53,063 nt of DNA from contig JBIISC010000005.1 of the NCBI GenBank assembly GCA_044341215.1, positions 1-53,063 on the forward strand, written 5' to 3'. The notes under the pieces are model-generated. The model saw nothing but the letters and a program-made list of their open reading frames with translations, was not told where the DNA came from and did not search any database. Position 1 is the stretch's first letter. The number at the start of each line of letters is the position of its first letter. This document shows, in pieces, positions 29,612-40,440 of this stretch. Source of the DNA: Candidatus Nanopelagicales bacterium. GTDB taxonomy: Bacteria > Actinomycetota > Actinomycetes > S36-B12 > UBA5976. The position numbers and the translations under genes were made by a program.

Positions 29612-30674
29612 GCCGTACGAATTTACTTCGCACTGTATTTACTACTTCGATTCCCTCAAGCAAGTTTTTGCGCGCCCGATCTGTCGGCACTCCATTTGCT
29701 TTGCAAAATGCGTGTAGTTCATTCAATAGAGTTTCATCAAGTTCTGGCCAAGGTTTAGTAGCAACTCTTGCGAGTGCAAACCATTCACTCCAAAGTGGAT
29801 CACCCATAAAGTCACGTGGGTTTAAGCCACCGAAAACTAAATCGTTGTCAACTAGGAATTGAGCAATCTCTGGAGTTAAAGTGATTTTGTTTCCAGTGAA
29901 TCCAGCGAGAGAGTCGATTAATTTGCGTCGCAGGCGATTAGTCAAAGATCCAGCTGGGAAACTAGGGTTAATAAATCTTAAGAATTGAACTGCTTCAACA
30001 GATAGCGATTCATTCAAACTATCTACTGGCGCAAAACTATTTCGCAGATTTTGGTTTACCCCAGCAAGTTTGAGTACATAATCAATTAAGTCATTATTTG
30101 CACGTTGCGATAGATACGGCCGAAGTGCAAAGGTGGTGTTGCTTGGAAGTTGGGAACGCCAAATCGCGGCGAAAGCCGCGTGCGAATAGGACCGTCTGGC
30201 TTTATGGGCGTATGAAACGTCAAACATCCAAGTGCGCCCAGCTTTAATTGATTCAGAATATGCGCTTGCAGCTAAATCGTCTGGTCGGCGCACAACAGCA
30301 ACCACATCAATCTGGTCGAAGTGTGCTTTTAAAAAATCGAGCAAAGCTTTTATCTCTTCACCAGTGCGTAAGCGAGTACCGATGTGTTCGCTGGTCATGA
30401 GCCATGTTCCATCGGTTAGGTTTACCGAAAACAGTTCGTCTAAGTGAAGACGCAAGTCGTTGCGATCTTTTTCACTATCAATCCCCATGCCACGCGCAAC
30501 CACACCTGGATTTTGACTAAATGCAAGTGCAAGTTGGGAATGATTTGGGTCTTTTATAAATGCAGGAACGTTGATTGAGTTTGCTGCCAGTAGGTTTTTG
30601 TTGAGCTCAATAGATTGTTGGAAAGTGGAGGTGCCCGTTTTGGACTTACCAATATGCAGGATTAGCCGGCGCAA
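29598..30674 (-). CDS. Sulfotransferase-like protein
   Basis: LHIGKSKTGTS (5'-PSB-like), TSEH and VRRPDDLAASAY (3'-PB-like). Confidence 0.65.
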   Translation of the reverse strand: MRRLILHIGKSKTGTSTFQQSIELNKNLLAANSINVPAFIKDPNHSQLALAFSQNPGVVARGMGIDSEKDRNDLRLHLDELFSVNLTDGTWLMTSEHIGTRLRTGEEIKALLDFLKAHFDQIDVVAVVRRPDDLAASAYSESIKAGRTWMFDVSYAHKARRSYSHAAFAAIWRSQLPSNTTFALRPYLSQRANNDLIDYVLKLAGVNQNLRNSFAPVDSLNESLSVEAVQFLRFINPSFPAGSLTNRLRRKLIDSLAGFTGNKITLTPEIAQFLVDNDLVFGGLNPRDFMGDPLWSEWFALARVATKPWPELDETLLNELHAFCKANGVPTDRARKNLLEGIEVVNTVRSKFVRLIRW

Positions 30675-30759
30675 CTCTTTTCACCACTTTCAAATCTAAT
30701 AGGTCGGCAAAGTGTAGGTCGTGAGCGCAATCAAGCCTAGATATTGGAATACTTAACGC

Positions 30760-31212
30760 ATGAGCCTGAATTCATATCCGTGGACTGCCTATCAGCAAAC
30801 CCATGTTGAGGTCTATTTACCTGAAGGGGTGAAAGTCCTAGAGCAGGTGGATGGCAATGAGGTAGGCGTATGGCCTTTTGATTACACGGAAGTTTGGATT
30901 CTTACCGCGTGTAATCCGAAGAGCCAGGAGCTAAGTCCTGCCGACAACAATCAGCGCCATAAAGTTCTGGGAGAACAATTAGCAGAGCTTGGTCTGAATT
31001 ATTTTTACACCCGAGGTTTTGATCCAACATCAAATTCATCAAGCGAGTGGAGTGAAGATGGATATGGAGTGGTTGGCCATGTCGGCAAGCAAGTTTTGGA
31101 GCTTGCCAAGGCATGGGAGCAAAACGCAGTATTTATTTGGCGGCCAAGTGAGTGGGTTGTTTTGGGTGTTTTGATAGATGGTCAAACAAAATCAGGTTGG
31201 CGTTATGTCTAG
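30760..31212 (+). CDS. DUF3293 family protein
   Basis: LTACNPKS...N, W-x-E and EQNAVF motifs. Confidence 0.75.
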   Translation: MSLNSYPWTAYQQTHVEVYLPEGVKVLEQVDGNEVGVWPFDYTEVWILTACNPKSQELSPADNNQRHKVLGEQLAELGLNYFYTRGFDPTSNSSSEWSEDGYGVVGHVGKQVLELAKAWEQNAVFIWRPSEWVVLGVLIDGQTKSGWRYV

Positions 31213-31220
31213 TGGGCACA

Positions 31221-32132
31221 ATGTCTAGATTGTCGCGCCCAATCTTTGTAGGTGGGGTTAGTCGAAGTGGAACTACGGTGGTTGGCAAACGACTGCTTGG
31301 CCGTCACACAGAAATTGGCTGTGTAAAGCCGGCTGAAATGTGGTTTATCTCCGACCGAGGTGGTCTATGCGATGTGGCTAATCCTGAAGTTGAATACATC
31401 CAAAAACAACTTCTTGCATTTAGGCGGGGTAATTTCTCCCAGCTTGCAGCGTTCAATAAACGGATGCGTGGGTTTTGGTATGGACGCCAATGGCAACGTG
31501 AAGACCGAATTAAAGGATTGCACGAAACTGTTAGTGGTGAACAACTTGAAAATGCGCTAACTGTGTTTAATGCAAACTATAAACAAGATTCTGTTTTAGC
31601 TGCCCAACAGCTAGCATCGGATTTAATAGATCCTTACATAATTTCACAAAACAAAAATCGTTGGGTGGACACAACTCCACGGAATGTTCGACGTGCAAAT
31701 GCAATCTATTCAGTTTTTCCAGACTTGAAACTCATTCATATGATTCGAGATGGTCGAGATGTTGCATCTTCTATTGTTTCGATGAACTGGGGTCCTAGCG
31801 ATATTCATTCGGCGCTTGAACAATGGTGGCTGCATCTGATGGAAGGTCAGATTGCAGCAGCCAAACTGCCAGCAGACCAAGTCCTCACCTTGCAACTGGA
31901 AGATTTGGTCGAACGAGATCGCAGCACTTCATATAAGAAGCTACTCGATTTCTTAGAAATAGACGATTCGCCAAAAATGCGGAAATACTTTGACGAAGAA
32001 GTATCAGCTTCAAATGCGAATAAAGATAGATGGCGAATTGGATTGCATCCAGCAGATATTGAGAAGCTCGATTTTGACTATGCGTTGTTCTGCGAAAATC
32101 TATTGGCGAAAGGATTGGTTATTCCAAAATAA
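31221..32132 (+). CDS. PAPS-dependent sulfotransferase
   Basis: PIFVGGVSRSGTT (5'-PSB), WVDTTP, IHMIRDGRDVASS (3'-PB) and EDLV. Start moved from 31152 to ATG 31221. Confidence 0.85.
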   Translation: MSRLSRPIFVGGVSRSGTTVVGKRLLGRHTEIGCVKPAEMWFISDRGGLCDVANPEVEYIQKQLLAFRRGNFSQLAAFNKRMRGFWYGRQWQREDRIKGLHETVSGEQLENALTVFNANYKQDSVLAAQQLASDLIDPYIISQNKNRWVDTTPRNVRRANAIYSVFPDLKLIHMIRDGRDVASSIVSMNWGPSDIHSALEQWWLHLMEGQIAAAKLPADQVLTLQLEDLVERDRSTSYKKLLDFLEIDDSPKMRKYFDEEVSASNANKDRWRIGLHPADIEKLDFDYALFCENLLAKGLVIPK

Positions 32133-32613
32133 GTTGGTAGCGCATTGCTTCTGCGCCATAACCGCCTTGGGCTTCAGCCATCGGCTTATAGCCAAATCTT
32201 TCCCAATATGTCGCTGCTGATTGCACAGCAGTTAATTCCATACTTTTGAATCCGCGCGAGCGAGCAATTGCAATTGATTGCTCCATAAATGTGCGGGCCA
32301 GGCCTTTGCCTTCGAAGTCAGGATGGATTGCAATATCGTGGATGTAGTAAGCATTCTCGGTATGGGTAATTTCACGAATGTCGCTGTGAAGCGGAACGGG
32401 AAGACCAGATTGCCAATTGAAACCAATGCAGTAGCCGGCCATCTGGCCATCTATGAATCCACCTAAGCAAGTTGGATTTGATACTAGAAGCTTTGTTAAA
32501 AAGGTTTCTTTTGTTTCAATGTAAATGTCACCGTAAGCGGCGCGTTGGACAATGAGCAATTCGTCTAGGTCTGACTCTTTCAATTGCCGGACTTCGAAAT
32601 TCATAATCATCAC
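32119..32613 (-). CDS. GNAT N-acetyltransferase
   Basis: YIHDIAIHPDFEGKGLA (motif A) and YWERFGY. Confidence 0.88.
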   Translation of the reverse strand: MMIMNFEVRQLKESDLDELLIVQRAAYGDIYIETKETFLTKLLVSNPTCLGGFIDGQMAGYCIGFNWQSGLPVPLHSDIREITHTENAYYIHDIAIHPDFEGKGLARTFMEQSIAIARSRGFKSMELTAVQSAATYWERFGYKPMAEAQGGYGAEAMRYQLILE

Positions 32614-32996
32614 AGCGTAATGTAGAGGTAACCCTTTTTAACCGATGTTTGGTACTTAGTAAGAGCCCTCGTAGCAGGACCAGCTTTCACATTGCCCGTT
32701 TTAGCATCAAATTGAGATCCGTGATAGGTGCAAACGAGTTTCTTGCCCTCAGCTTGTAATTGAAATCCTTGATGTGTACAGGATGTAGAAAAAGCAAAGA
32801 ACCCTGAAGCCGTTGCCAGCACACTAACTTTTTGACCTTGTCCGGGCACAGTAACGATTAACAAAGTGCCAGGTTTGAATTTTGAAATTTTACCTAGTTT
32901 GTATGTATTTGCCGCATTGGATCCTGGAGAACTAACCAGGGTAGCAACAATCGCAATTGTGCCGCCAATGAAGGTTCGTCGAGAAAAGTCTTCCAT
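32610..32996 (-). CDS. Rieske [2Fe-2S] protein with Tat-like signal
   Basis: SRRTFIGG, CTHQG and CTYHGSQF...GPA. Start set by TATTCT-N6-ATG at 32996. Confidence 0.88.
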   Translation of the reverse strand: MEDFSRRTFIGGTIAIVATLVSSPGSNAANTYKLGKISKFKPGTLLIVTVPGQGQKVSVLATASGFFAFSTSCTHQGFQLQAEGKKLVCTYHGSQFDAKTGNVKAGPATRALTKYQTSVKKGYLYITL

Positions 32997-33033
32997 GGAG
33001 GCAGAATAAGTGAAAATATCAAATTTGGCTTGG

Positions 33034-34341
33034 CTATATTCGTGACAGTTTCGCCAACATTGGGCTAGCTGGGTGCAATGTGACACTTTGAGTCATCCCA
33101 ACATCAGTCCAGTCATTGGTTGGACGGACATCAAAGTCGCGCAATATGCGCGCCATAAGCAATGGGCCTTCGACGAGAGCCATATCACGACCGATACACA
33201 TTCGAGCACCTAAACCAAACGGCAGGTATTCACTTCGAGCCAATTGGGATTGGGGATCTGAAAATCGGCTTGGATCGAATTTCTCTGGATCTTGCCAACT
33301 GCCTTGATGCTGCAACATATATGGGCTCATGATGATTAATGCATTTGCTGGGATCTCGACCCCTTCTAAAGTGTCATTCGAAATTGTGCTACGAGTGATT
33401 AACCAGGCTGGGGGATAAAGGCGCATAGTTTCTGCAAATACCGATTGCAAATAAGGAACTTGCGCTAGGTCGTTTAGGTGGGGCGCACTTTTTGCTTCAG
33501 AAATACAAGTTTGAAGAATTTCGGTTTTCTCATTAAGTAATTGCCACATCCATGCCATTGCACTTGCAACTGTTTCATGACCTGCAACAATGAATGTAAC
33601 AATTTCATCTCGGATAGCTTTGATATCGAATTTTTGTGGATCTGTTTCATGAGCTTCACGCAGCAAGGAGATAAAGGCATCAGGATGAGTGGCAGGGGAA
33701 AGCAATAATTGTTCTACAGCTTTATCTAGTTGTCGTATTGCAAGATTTAACTTGCGGTGGTTTTTGGTCGGAACCCATGTTGGAATTGGTAAGGGCATTT
33801 GCGCTTTCGCCACCACAACATCAAGTGCCGCAATTGTTGCGCTCGCAATAGCTTCACTCTCGCCACTTAGTGACTTACCAAAAAGTGCCCGCCCTACTAC
33901 TTCTAAAGTTAGGTGTTGCATTGCAGCGGCAATTTCAATTTCGGGACTTTGTGTCCATTTTTCTTTAAGTACCAAATATGAATCTTCAATTGATTCAATT
34001 ACTAAGGATTGCATAGCTCGGTGAAATGCAGGTTGCAAAACTTTGCGGTGGGATTTCCAAATCTCGCCATCAGCTGTAAGAAGTCCTTCGCCAGTAACTA
34101 TCGAAAGAGATTTATATTGCAAAGTTTGCTTCGCGTAATTCTTAGCATTAGTTCGCAATACGTAGTCAACTGTTTCAGGGTTACTTATGGAAAAGGCCGG
34201 GATAGGGACTGGATATTGCACAATCGCGCCATATTTTTGGTGCATATTCATCAAGAAACCGGTGGTGTCTGAGCGGATAGCAGCCAGGTTCTTGAGCATG
34301 GTTAGTGCGTCAGGCCCAAGGGCAACTTTTTTTACAGCCAC
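33034..34341 (-). CDS. Cytochrome P450
   Basis: AGHET I-helix, ETMR (ExxR), FDPSRF and FGLGARMCIG heme ligand. Confidence 0.95.
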   Translation of the reverse strand: MAVKKVALGPDALTMLKNLAAIRSDTTGFLMNMHQKYGAIVQYPVPIPAFSISNPETVDYVLRTNAKNYAKQTLQYKSLSIVTGEGLLTADGEIWKSHRKVLQPAFHRAMQSLVIESIEDSYLVLKEKWTQSPEIEIAAAMQHLTLEVVGRALFGKSLSGESEAIASATIAALDVVVAKAQMPLPIPTWVPTKNHRKLNLAIRQLDKAVEQLLLSPATHPDAFISLLREAHETDPQKFDIKAIRDEIVTFIVAGHETVASAMAWMWQLLNEKTEILQTCISEAKSAPHLNDLAQVPYLQSVFAETMRLYPPAWLITRSTISNDTLEGVEIPANALIIMSPYMLQHQGSWQDPEKFDPSRFSDPQSQLARSEYLPFGLGARMCIGRDMALVEGPLLMARILRDFDVRPTNDWTDVGMTQSVTLHPASPMLAKLSRI

Positions 34342-34405
34342 GACCTGAGCCTACGCATGTGGAAAGGCATGGAATCTTTGACTACCTTATGCTTTTGTCC
34401 CTGCC

Positions 34406-36280
34406 GTGAGTGGAAAGAGATTCCAATTGAGAGACCTAGTGAGAGACCTAGTGAGAGACCAAGTGAGAGCAAATTATTTTTCTAAATTTGCACTCGTTTT
34501 GACTATTGCAATTCTCGCTTCTTTCATAAATTTGCCAGGTTCCTCGGCGGCTAATGGATTTCGGTACAGCACCACGCCTTCACCGTATGTAGAAGGTGAT
34601 GACGAGGCTGCCAATATCTTTGATCCAGTCGATGTAAATAGTATTCAACTAGACGTTGCTGATTCGATTATTGAATATTTCAGAACTTGCTGTGATTGGC
34701 AGTTTGAAGGCCCGTGGAAAAGAGCCCAGCTCACCATGACCGTCAAAGGCGAAACTGTCGGACCTCTTTTGGTTGGCTTTCACTTAAAGGGTGCTTGGGG
34801 TTCTTGGCGGACAATTGACACGAAACCGGGAATTAAAATCAAAGTTGATGCCTTCGTAGAAGGTCAAAAGATTTTCGGCGTAAAGAAATTGATTTTGAAC
34901 AACATGGCTCAAGAAGGACCCGCGTTAAATCAGCAACTCGCTATGAGAGTTTTTCGTGCTATGGGTGTTCCAGCTTCACGCACTGGCTATACCAACCTTC
35001 AAATCAATGATTTGAATTATGGGCTTTACACCATGATCGAATCATTAGACAGAGTCAGCCTTTCAAGATGGTTTGAGTCAACTCAACATTTATATAAAGG
35101 TGGCGTCCCATATCACTGGGCTGACTTAGTTCCTGAATTTGAGTACGTTTTCCAAGTTGAAACTGGCAGCCTGACAAACCGCAGCGATCTGATGCCTTTG
35201 CTAGAGGCAAATGCAGCAGAGGATTGGTGGACCGAAATAAACAAAGTTGCTGACATGCAGGAAATGGTGCGCGAGTGGGCGGTTGAACAAACAATTGGCC
35301 ATTGGGACGGGTATTCCTACAATGGCAATAACTACTTCATTCACTCGGATGAAAATGGAATTTTTACCATGTTGCCTTGGGGTGTAGATGGCACTTGGGG
35401 TGGCCCAATTGACTACAACTGGACTAACAAAATAATGAGTCAAAGGTGCATTCAAACTCCACAATGCTTTGCTCTGTATGTTCAAGCAGTTGCAGATGCA
35501 ACTTACGCAATTAAAACTCTGGATTTAGATCAGATGGTTGTTGATATTTCTGAGCGAATCAATATTGAACTACAAGATAATGTCGAACCTTACTGGCGCC
35601 GTTACTGGTTTATGTCGAATAGCCTGGGTGATATCCAGTGGCATCAAACTTATATTAGGGCAGTCCTTAATCAAAACTACGACTGGGCGTTAGATAATTA
35701 TCAAGACGTGCCAGGTGTTTCTCGTGTGCAGCTTTATGACAGTGCTCTTCGCCTGCTCCGTGTGGCCGGGAAAGAAATCAAAATTCCAGTTGCAGAAAAT
35801 GACCTTTCAACCGTTTACTTGCAACCAGGAACAAAGAGCGTCTCGGTTAGTGCAAATGCAAGACAGAGCCAAGCCGATGTAGAAATTTCTGCATTAAATA
35901 ATTTGAAGACTGGCCTAAACAATATTTCTATAGACGTTACTTCTCGAAATGGACAGTCAAGTCAAGAATATATTGTTCCGGCTTATGTTTTAAGTAAGTC
36001 TTCGACAGATTTTGCTATTTCAACTGTTGGATCTAAAAATAGATTAACGGAAAGATCTTTTGTTAAATTACACAACACAGGTGTGATGGCAGGAATAAAA
36101 TCAATCAAGGACTTAAAGGTCACGGTTACTGGATCGATGAAAAACGGAACCGCTATGCTCAAAAAGATTATTGATGTATTGAAGGATGCTGGAATGTCCA
36201 CGCCAGACGAATCAACTTATAAAACAAACTCGCGGATGGCCAAAGGCACCACAAAGGTAGTTATTAGCTACCTAAAGTGA
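34406..36280 (+). CDS. Secreted CotH-family kinase-like protein with cadherin-like beta-sandwich domain
   Basis: Signal peptide, HLKG, KIKVD, LILNN, GLYTMIE, HWDGY..NNYF and MLPWGVD, then an Ig/cadherin-like C-terminal domain. The true start may be GTG 34463. Confidence 0.8.
   Translation: MSGKRFQLRDLVRDLVRDQVRANYFSKFALVLTIAILASFINLPGSSAANGFRYSTTPSPYVEGDDEAANIFDPVDVNSIQLDVADSIIEYFRTCCDWQFEGPWKRAQLTMTVKGETVGPLLVGFHLKGAWGSWRTIDTKPGIKIKVDAFVEGQKIFGVKKLILNNMAQEGPALNQQLAMRVFRAMGVPASRTGYTNLQINDLNYGLYTMIESLDRVSLSRWFESTQHLYKGGVPYHWADLVPEFEYVFQVETGSLTNRSDLMPLLEANAAEDWWTEINKVADMQEMVREWAVEQTIGHWDGYSYNGNNYFIHSDENGIFTMLPWGVDGTWGGPIDYNWTNKIMSQRCIQTPQCFALYVQAVADATYAIKTLDLDQMVVDISERINIELQDNVEPYWRRYWFMSNSLGDIQWHQTYIRAVLNQNYDWALDNYQDVPGVSRVQLYDSALRLLRVAGKEIKIPVAENDLSTVYLQPGTKSVSVSANARQSQADVEISALNNLKTGLNNISIDVTSRNGQSSQEYIVPAYVLSKSSTDFAISTVGSKNRLTERSFVKLHNTGVMAGIKSIKDLKVTVTGSMKNGTAMLKKIIDVLKDAGMSTPDESTYKTNSRMAKGTTKVVISYLK
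34428..34469 (+). repeat. 12-bp tandem repeat (TGAGAGACCTAG) x3.5
   Basis: TGAGAGACCTAG TGAGAGACCTAG TGAGAGACCAAG TGAGAG, encoding RDLV-RDLV-RDQV. Confidence 0.9.
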
Positions 36281-36291
36281 AGCCTGTGTAG

Positions 36292-37901
<1,610 letters not shown>

Positions 37902-37968
37902 CTACAATCTCCTATGTGCGCTAAGCACAAACCGCGCCTCAAGTGGCGCATTCTACGCAGGAGATCTG

Positions 37969-38550
37969 TTGAGCGAGAACGAAACCAGTAACTCTGAAAG
38001 CACCGAGACTGCGAACCTGCCAGATATCGTGCGTCGAGTCGGTGGAGACCTGGAGAAGGTAATCTCAAATCTGCCTGCATATGTGGATGAAAGATTCCCG
38101 TTGGACCGCTTCAAGCAAATTGCACTAGGTCGCCTAGTCGAAGCAAAGCCTGAACTCAATAACGAAAATGACATCGCAAAGATTGTTGATCTGCTGACTT
38201 TTCACGGCATCGATCGCGACCAAATGAATGACCTAAATGTTTTGCTCGACACCTACGGAACTGACGATGTGTGGACAGCAATTAATTACTTGTATGAAAT
38301 TGGTTTGCGGGACCGCGGTGTAGCATCTGAAGACGAAAGCAACACCAACGCATTTGTTTTTGTTCGCGCAGTACTAAGTCGAATTCGCGAACTTCGTGAA
38401 AGTGGCAAGCGAGTAGTGAACGAAGAAGTTCTAGACGCAACAGTTTGGGACATCAACGAATACATCGACGAAGCCGACTTAGATAACTACCAATACACCG
38501 GCGGAACTCTCGGCGGCGAAGACGTTCTTGAAGTCGAAGAAGACGAGTAA
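37969..38550 (+). CDS. Acidic helical hypothetical protein
   Basis: AGGAGA RBS before TTG 37969. The ORF-track start 37792 would overlap the divergent gene. Acidic tail EDVLEVEEDE. Confidence 0.75.
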   Translation: MSENETSNSESTETANLPDIVRRVGGDLEKVISNLPAYVDERFPLDRFKQIALGRLVEAKPELNNENDIAKIVDLLTFHGIDRDQMNDLNVLLDTYGTDDVWTAINYLYEIGLRDRGVASEDESNTNAFVFVRAVLSRIRELRESGKRVVNEEVLDATVWDINEYIDEADLDNYQYTGGTLGGEDVLEVEEDE

Positions 38551-38555
38551 GAACC

Positions 38556-39440
38556 ATGGCCGGCGAAAATCCACTAATAACACTTGGTGTTCCGAGACAC
38601 GTTTTAGTAGTTGCAGTCAAGGATAAGAATCCCAAACTTGCTTTAGATATTGCGGAAGCAAATTACAAAACTCTTGCAAAGAAATTTCACCCAGACCTTC
38701 CTGGCGGAGACGCTGACTACATGAGTTCACTTGGCGATGCCATGGAAGAAATTCGTGATCTAGATGCACTTGACTACTACTTGTCAGAACTTGTAGGTCG
38801 ACACGATGTGGCAGATGCCAAGGTTCAAGAAAAGGTTCGCAAAAGTGCAGCACTAATTGAAAAGCGCGACACTTTTTCATTACGAGCTCTTGCAGACCTA
38901 TTTGAATATGTTGACCAATTCACAATGCTTGGACTTCGCAAACCAACCACATTTTTTACATATGGCCAAACTGTCACCATGACTGTTGACGTGAGTGACG
39001 AAAATAAGGCAGAGATTGTTGGCTATCAAAACGAAGCTATGGACATGAGCGTTAGCGAATTTCGTTACACATCCGGCAAGTGGCAATTCAAAAATGAAGA
39101 TATTGATGCTAAAAAGATGTGGCACGAATTGGGAGACCCAAGTGTCAAACTCTCAGCCAAAGTAGTGGGATATGTAATTCGCGATCGTAATGTTGAGGTT
39201 GAACTCGACAGCGATGTCCAAGCACTTGGTGCGGGAGAAAAAATTAAAGATCTTCAATGGACAAAAGCTAGCGATTGCTGGTTCTTGCCATTTATCTCCT
39301 TCGGAGGATTACCAGTTTCTGAAAAAGATTCGCTTGATGAATTCAATATTCAACTGGTGCTTCACCGAAGAGATGATGACACAGAAGAAAACCTTTTCAG
39401 TGTCACACAGCGACTTTTGAAGTTCTCAGCAATTAAGTAA
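38556..39440 (+). CDS. Atypical J-domain protein with unknown C-terminal domain
   Basis: NPLITLGV (helix I), YKTLAKKFHPDLPGGD (helix II + HPD) and MSSLGDAMEEI (helix III). Confidence 0.72.
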   Translation: MAGENPLITLGVPRHVLVVAVKDKNPKLALDIAEANYKTLAKKFHPDLPGGDADYMSSLGDAMEEIRDLDALDYYLSELVGRHDVADAKVQEKVRKSAALIEKRDTFSLRALADLFEYVDQFTMLGLRKPTTFFTYGQTVTMTVDVSDENKAEIVGYQNEAMDMSVSEFRYTSGKWQFKNEDIDAKKMWHELGDPSVKLSAKVVGYVIRDRNVEVELDSDVQALGAGEKIKDLQWTKASDCWFLPFISFGGLPVSEKDSLDEFNIQLVLHRRDDDTEENLFSVTQRLLKFSAIK

Positions 39441-39457
39441 TTTGAATTAAAGGTTTG

Positions 39458-39530
39458 CGCGCCTGGAGGGACTCGAACCCCCAACCGACCGGGTAGAAAC
39501 CGGTTACTCTATCCATTGAGCTACAAGCGC
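39458..39530 (-). tRNA. tRNA-Arg (TCT)
   Basis: Reverse complement GCGCTTGTAGCTCAATGGATAGAGTAACCGGTTTCTACCCGGTCGGTTGGGGGTTCGAGTCCCTCCAGGCGCG. CCA is not encoded. Confidence 0.95.
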
Positions 39531-39565
39531 TGGTGGGCGTAGTTTCGCAGATGTACTCTGCATAT

Positions 39566-39604
39566 AAAAATGAGCCGCCTGAGAGTGTTCTCGCGGCGGC
39601 TCAT
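39566..39604 (-). terminator. Intrinsic terminator of the 39614-40318 gene
   Basis: ATGAGCCGCC / GGCGGCTCAT stem followed by a T-run on the minus strand. Confidence 0.75.
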
Positions 39605-39613
39605 CTTTAGGTT

Positions 39614-40318
39614 TTATTGCGTTACTGGCTCGATTTTTGCTCCAAGAACATAGACATTTCCAGAGTTTGTATCGTCTCCAACTGGATTTCCACCATTGAA
39701 GGTGTAGCGTTCAAACCCCAAATGAATGAGTGAATCATCATCAGAAATATTGTAAAAACCAGAAAGCACATTTAACTCATTAGCTTCTGGGACGTCGAAA
39801 TAAGTTCCGTCTCCAAACCCACAACCACTAAGAGCGCTACCTACATCGAATTGAGCCATGCAGAGATTTACCAAAACTTCACCATCTGATGCTGAAGCAA
39901 CCCAATAGAACGAAATTTTCACTTCCGTCACACTTTCCCAGCCTGAAGGTTTGGGGATATTTGTAAAAATAAACGGCGTCAGGTCGTCGTCACCAGTCAT
40001 TTCCCAAGCTGGTTGATCAAAACCGTCAATTAGATGGGTTCCGAAAGTTGCTTCGGCTGCAGCAGAATTCTCGAGATCCTTGGCTGTAAGGTAGATTGAA
40101 TCTAAGCTTTCAGTTCCTGCTGGCCCAATATTGTTCCAGCTGATTTTGTTTTGTTTCTTTGTACACTTTTTGTTGGCTTTGACAATCTTTATTGCGCCAC
40201 TTTTTTTGGTTACGCATGCGGTATAGGTTGTTTGTGATGTGATTGCTTGTGAACTTGCAACAGACGTTAAAAGCATTGTAAAAATTACAAGAAGTACAGG
40301 GTAGATTTTGTTTCGCAT
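39614..40318 (-). CDS. Secreted hypothetical protein
   Basis: AAGGAG RBS before ATG 40318, signal peptide, basic Cys-containing N-module and acidic beta-rich C-domain. Confidence 0.7.
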   Translation of the reverse strand: MRNKIYPVLLVIFTMLLTSVASSQAITSQTTYTACVTKKSGAIKIVKANKKCTKKQNKISWNNIGPAGTESLDSIYLTAKDLENSAAAEATFGTHLIDGFDQPAWEMTGDDDLTPFIFTNIPKPSGWESVTEVKISFYWVASASDGEVLVNLCMAQFDVGSALSGCGFGDGTYFDVPEANELNVLSGFYNISDDDSLIHLGFERYTFNGGNPVGDDTNSGNVYVLGAKIEPVTQ

Positions 40319-40440
40319 GACTCTCCTTGGCCGCATTTTTGAATACACAACGTATTCATGAGCGGACTTTTCCACGGCCTTTAAGAATATTCAAAGACAT
40401 TATTCGGCGTTTGTAGTCTTTTTCACGAAAGTGAGGTTTT

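Noticed and set aside
32610-34341. Rieske protein as the P450 redox partner
   Set aside because: The Rieske protein has a Tat-like export signal and its own leaderless promoter, and no reductase gene is adjacent.
34428-34469. Possible CRISPR-like repeat
   Set aside because: 12-bp head-to-tail units with no spacers and no cas genes.
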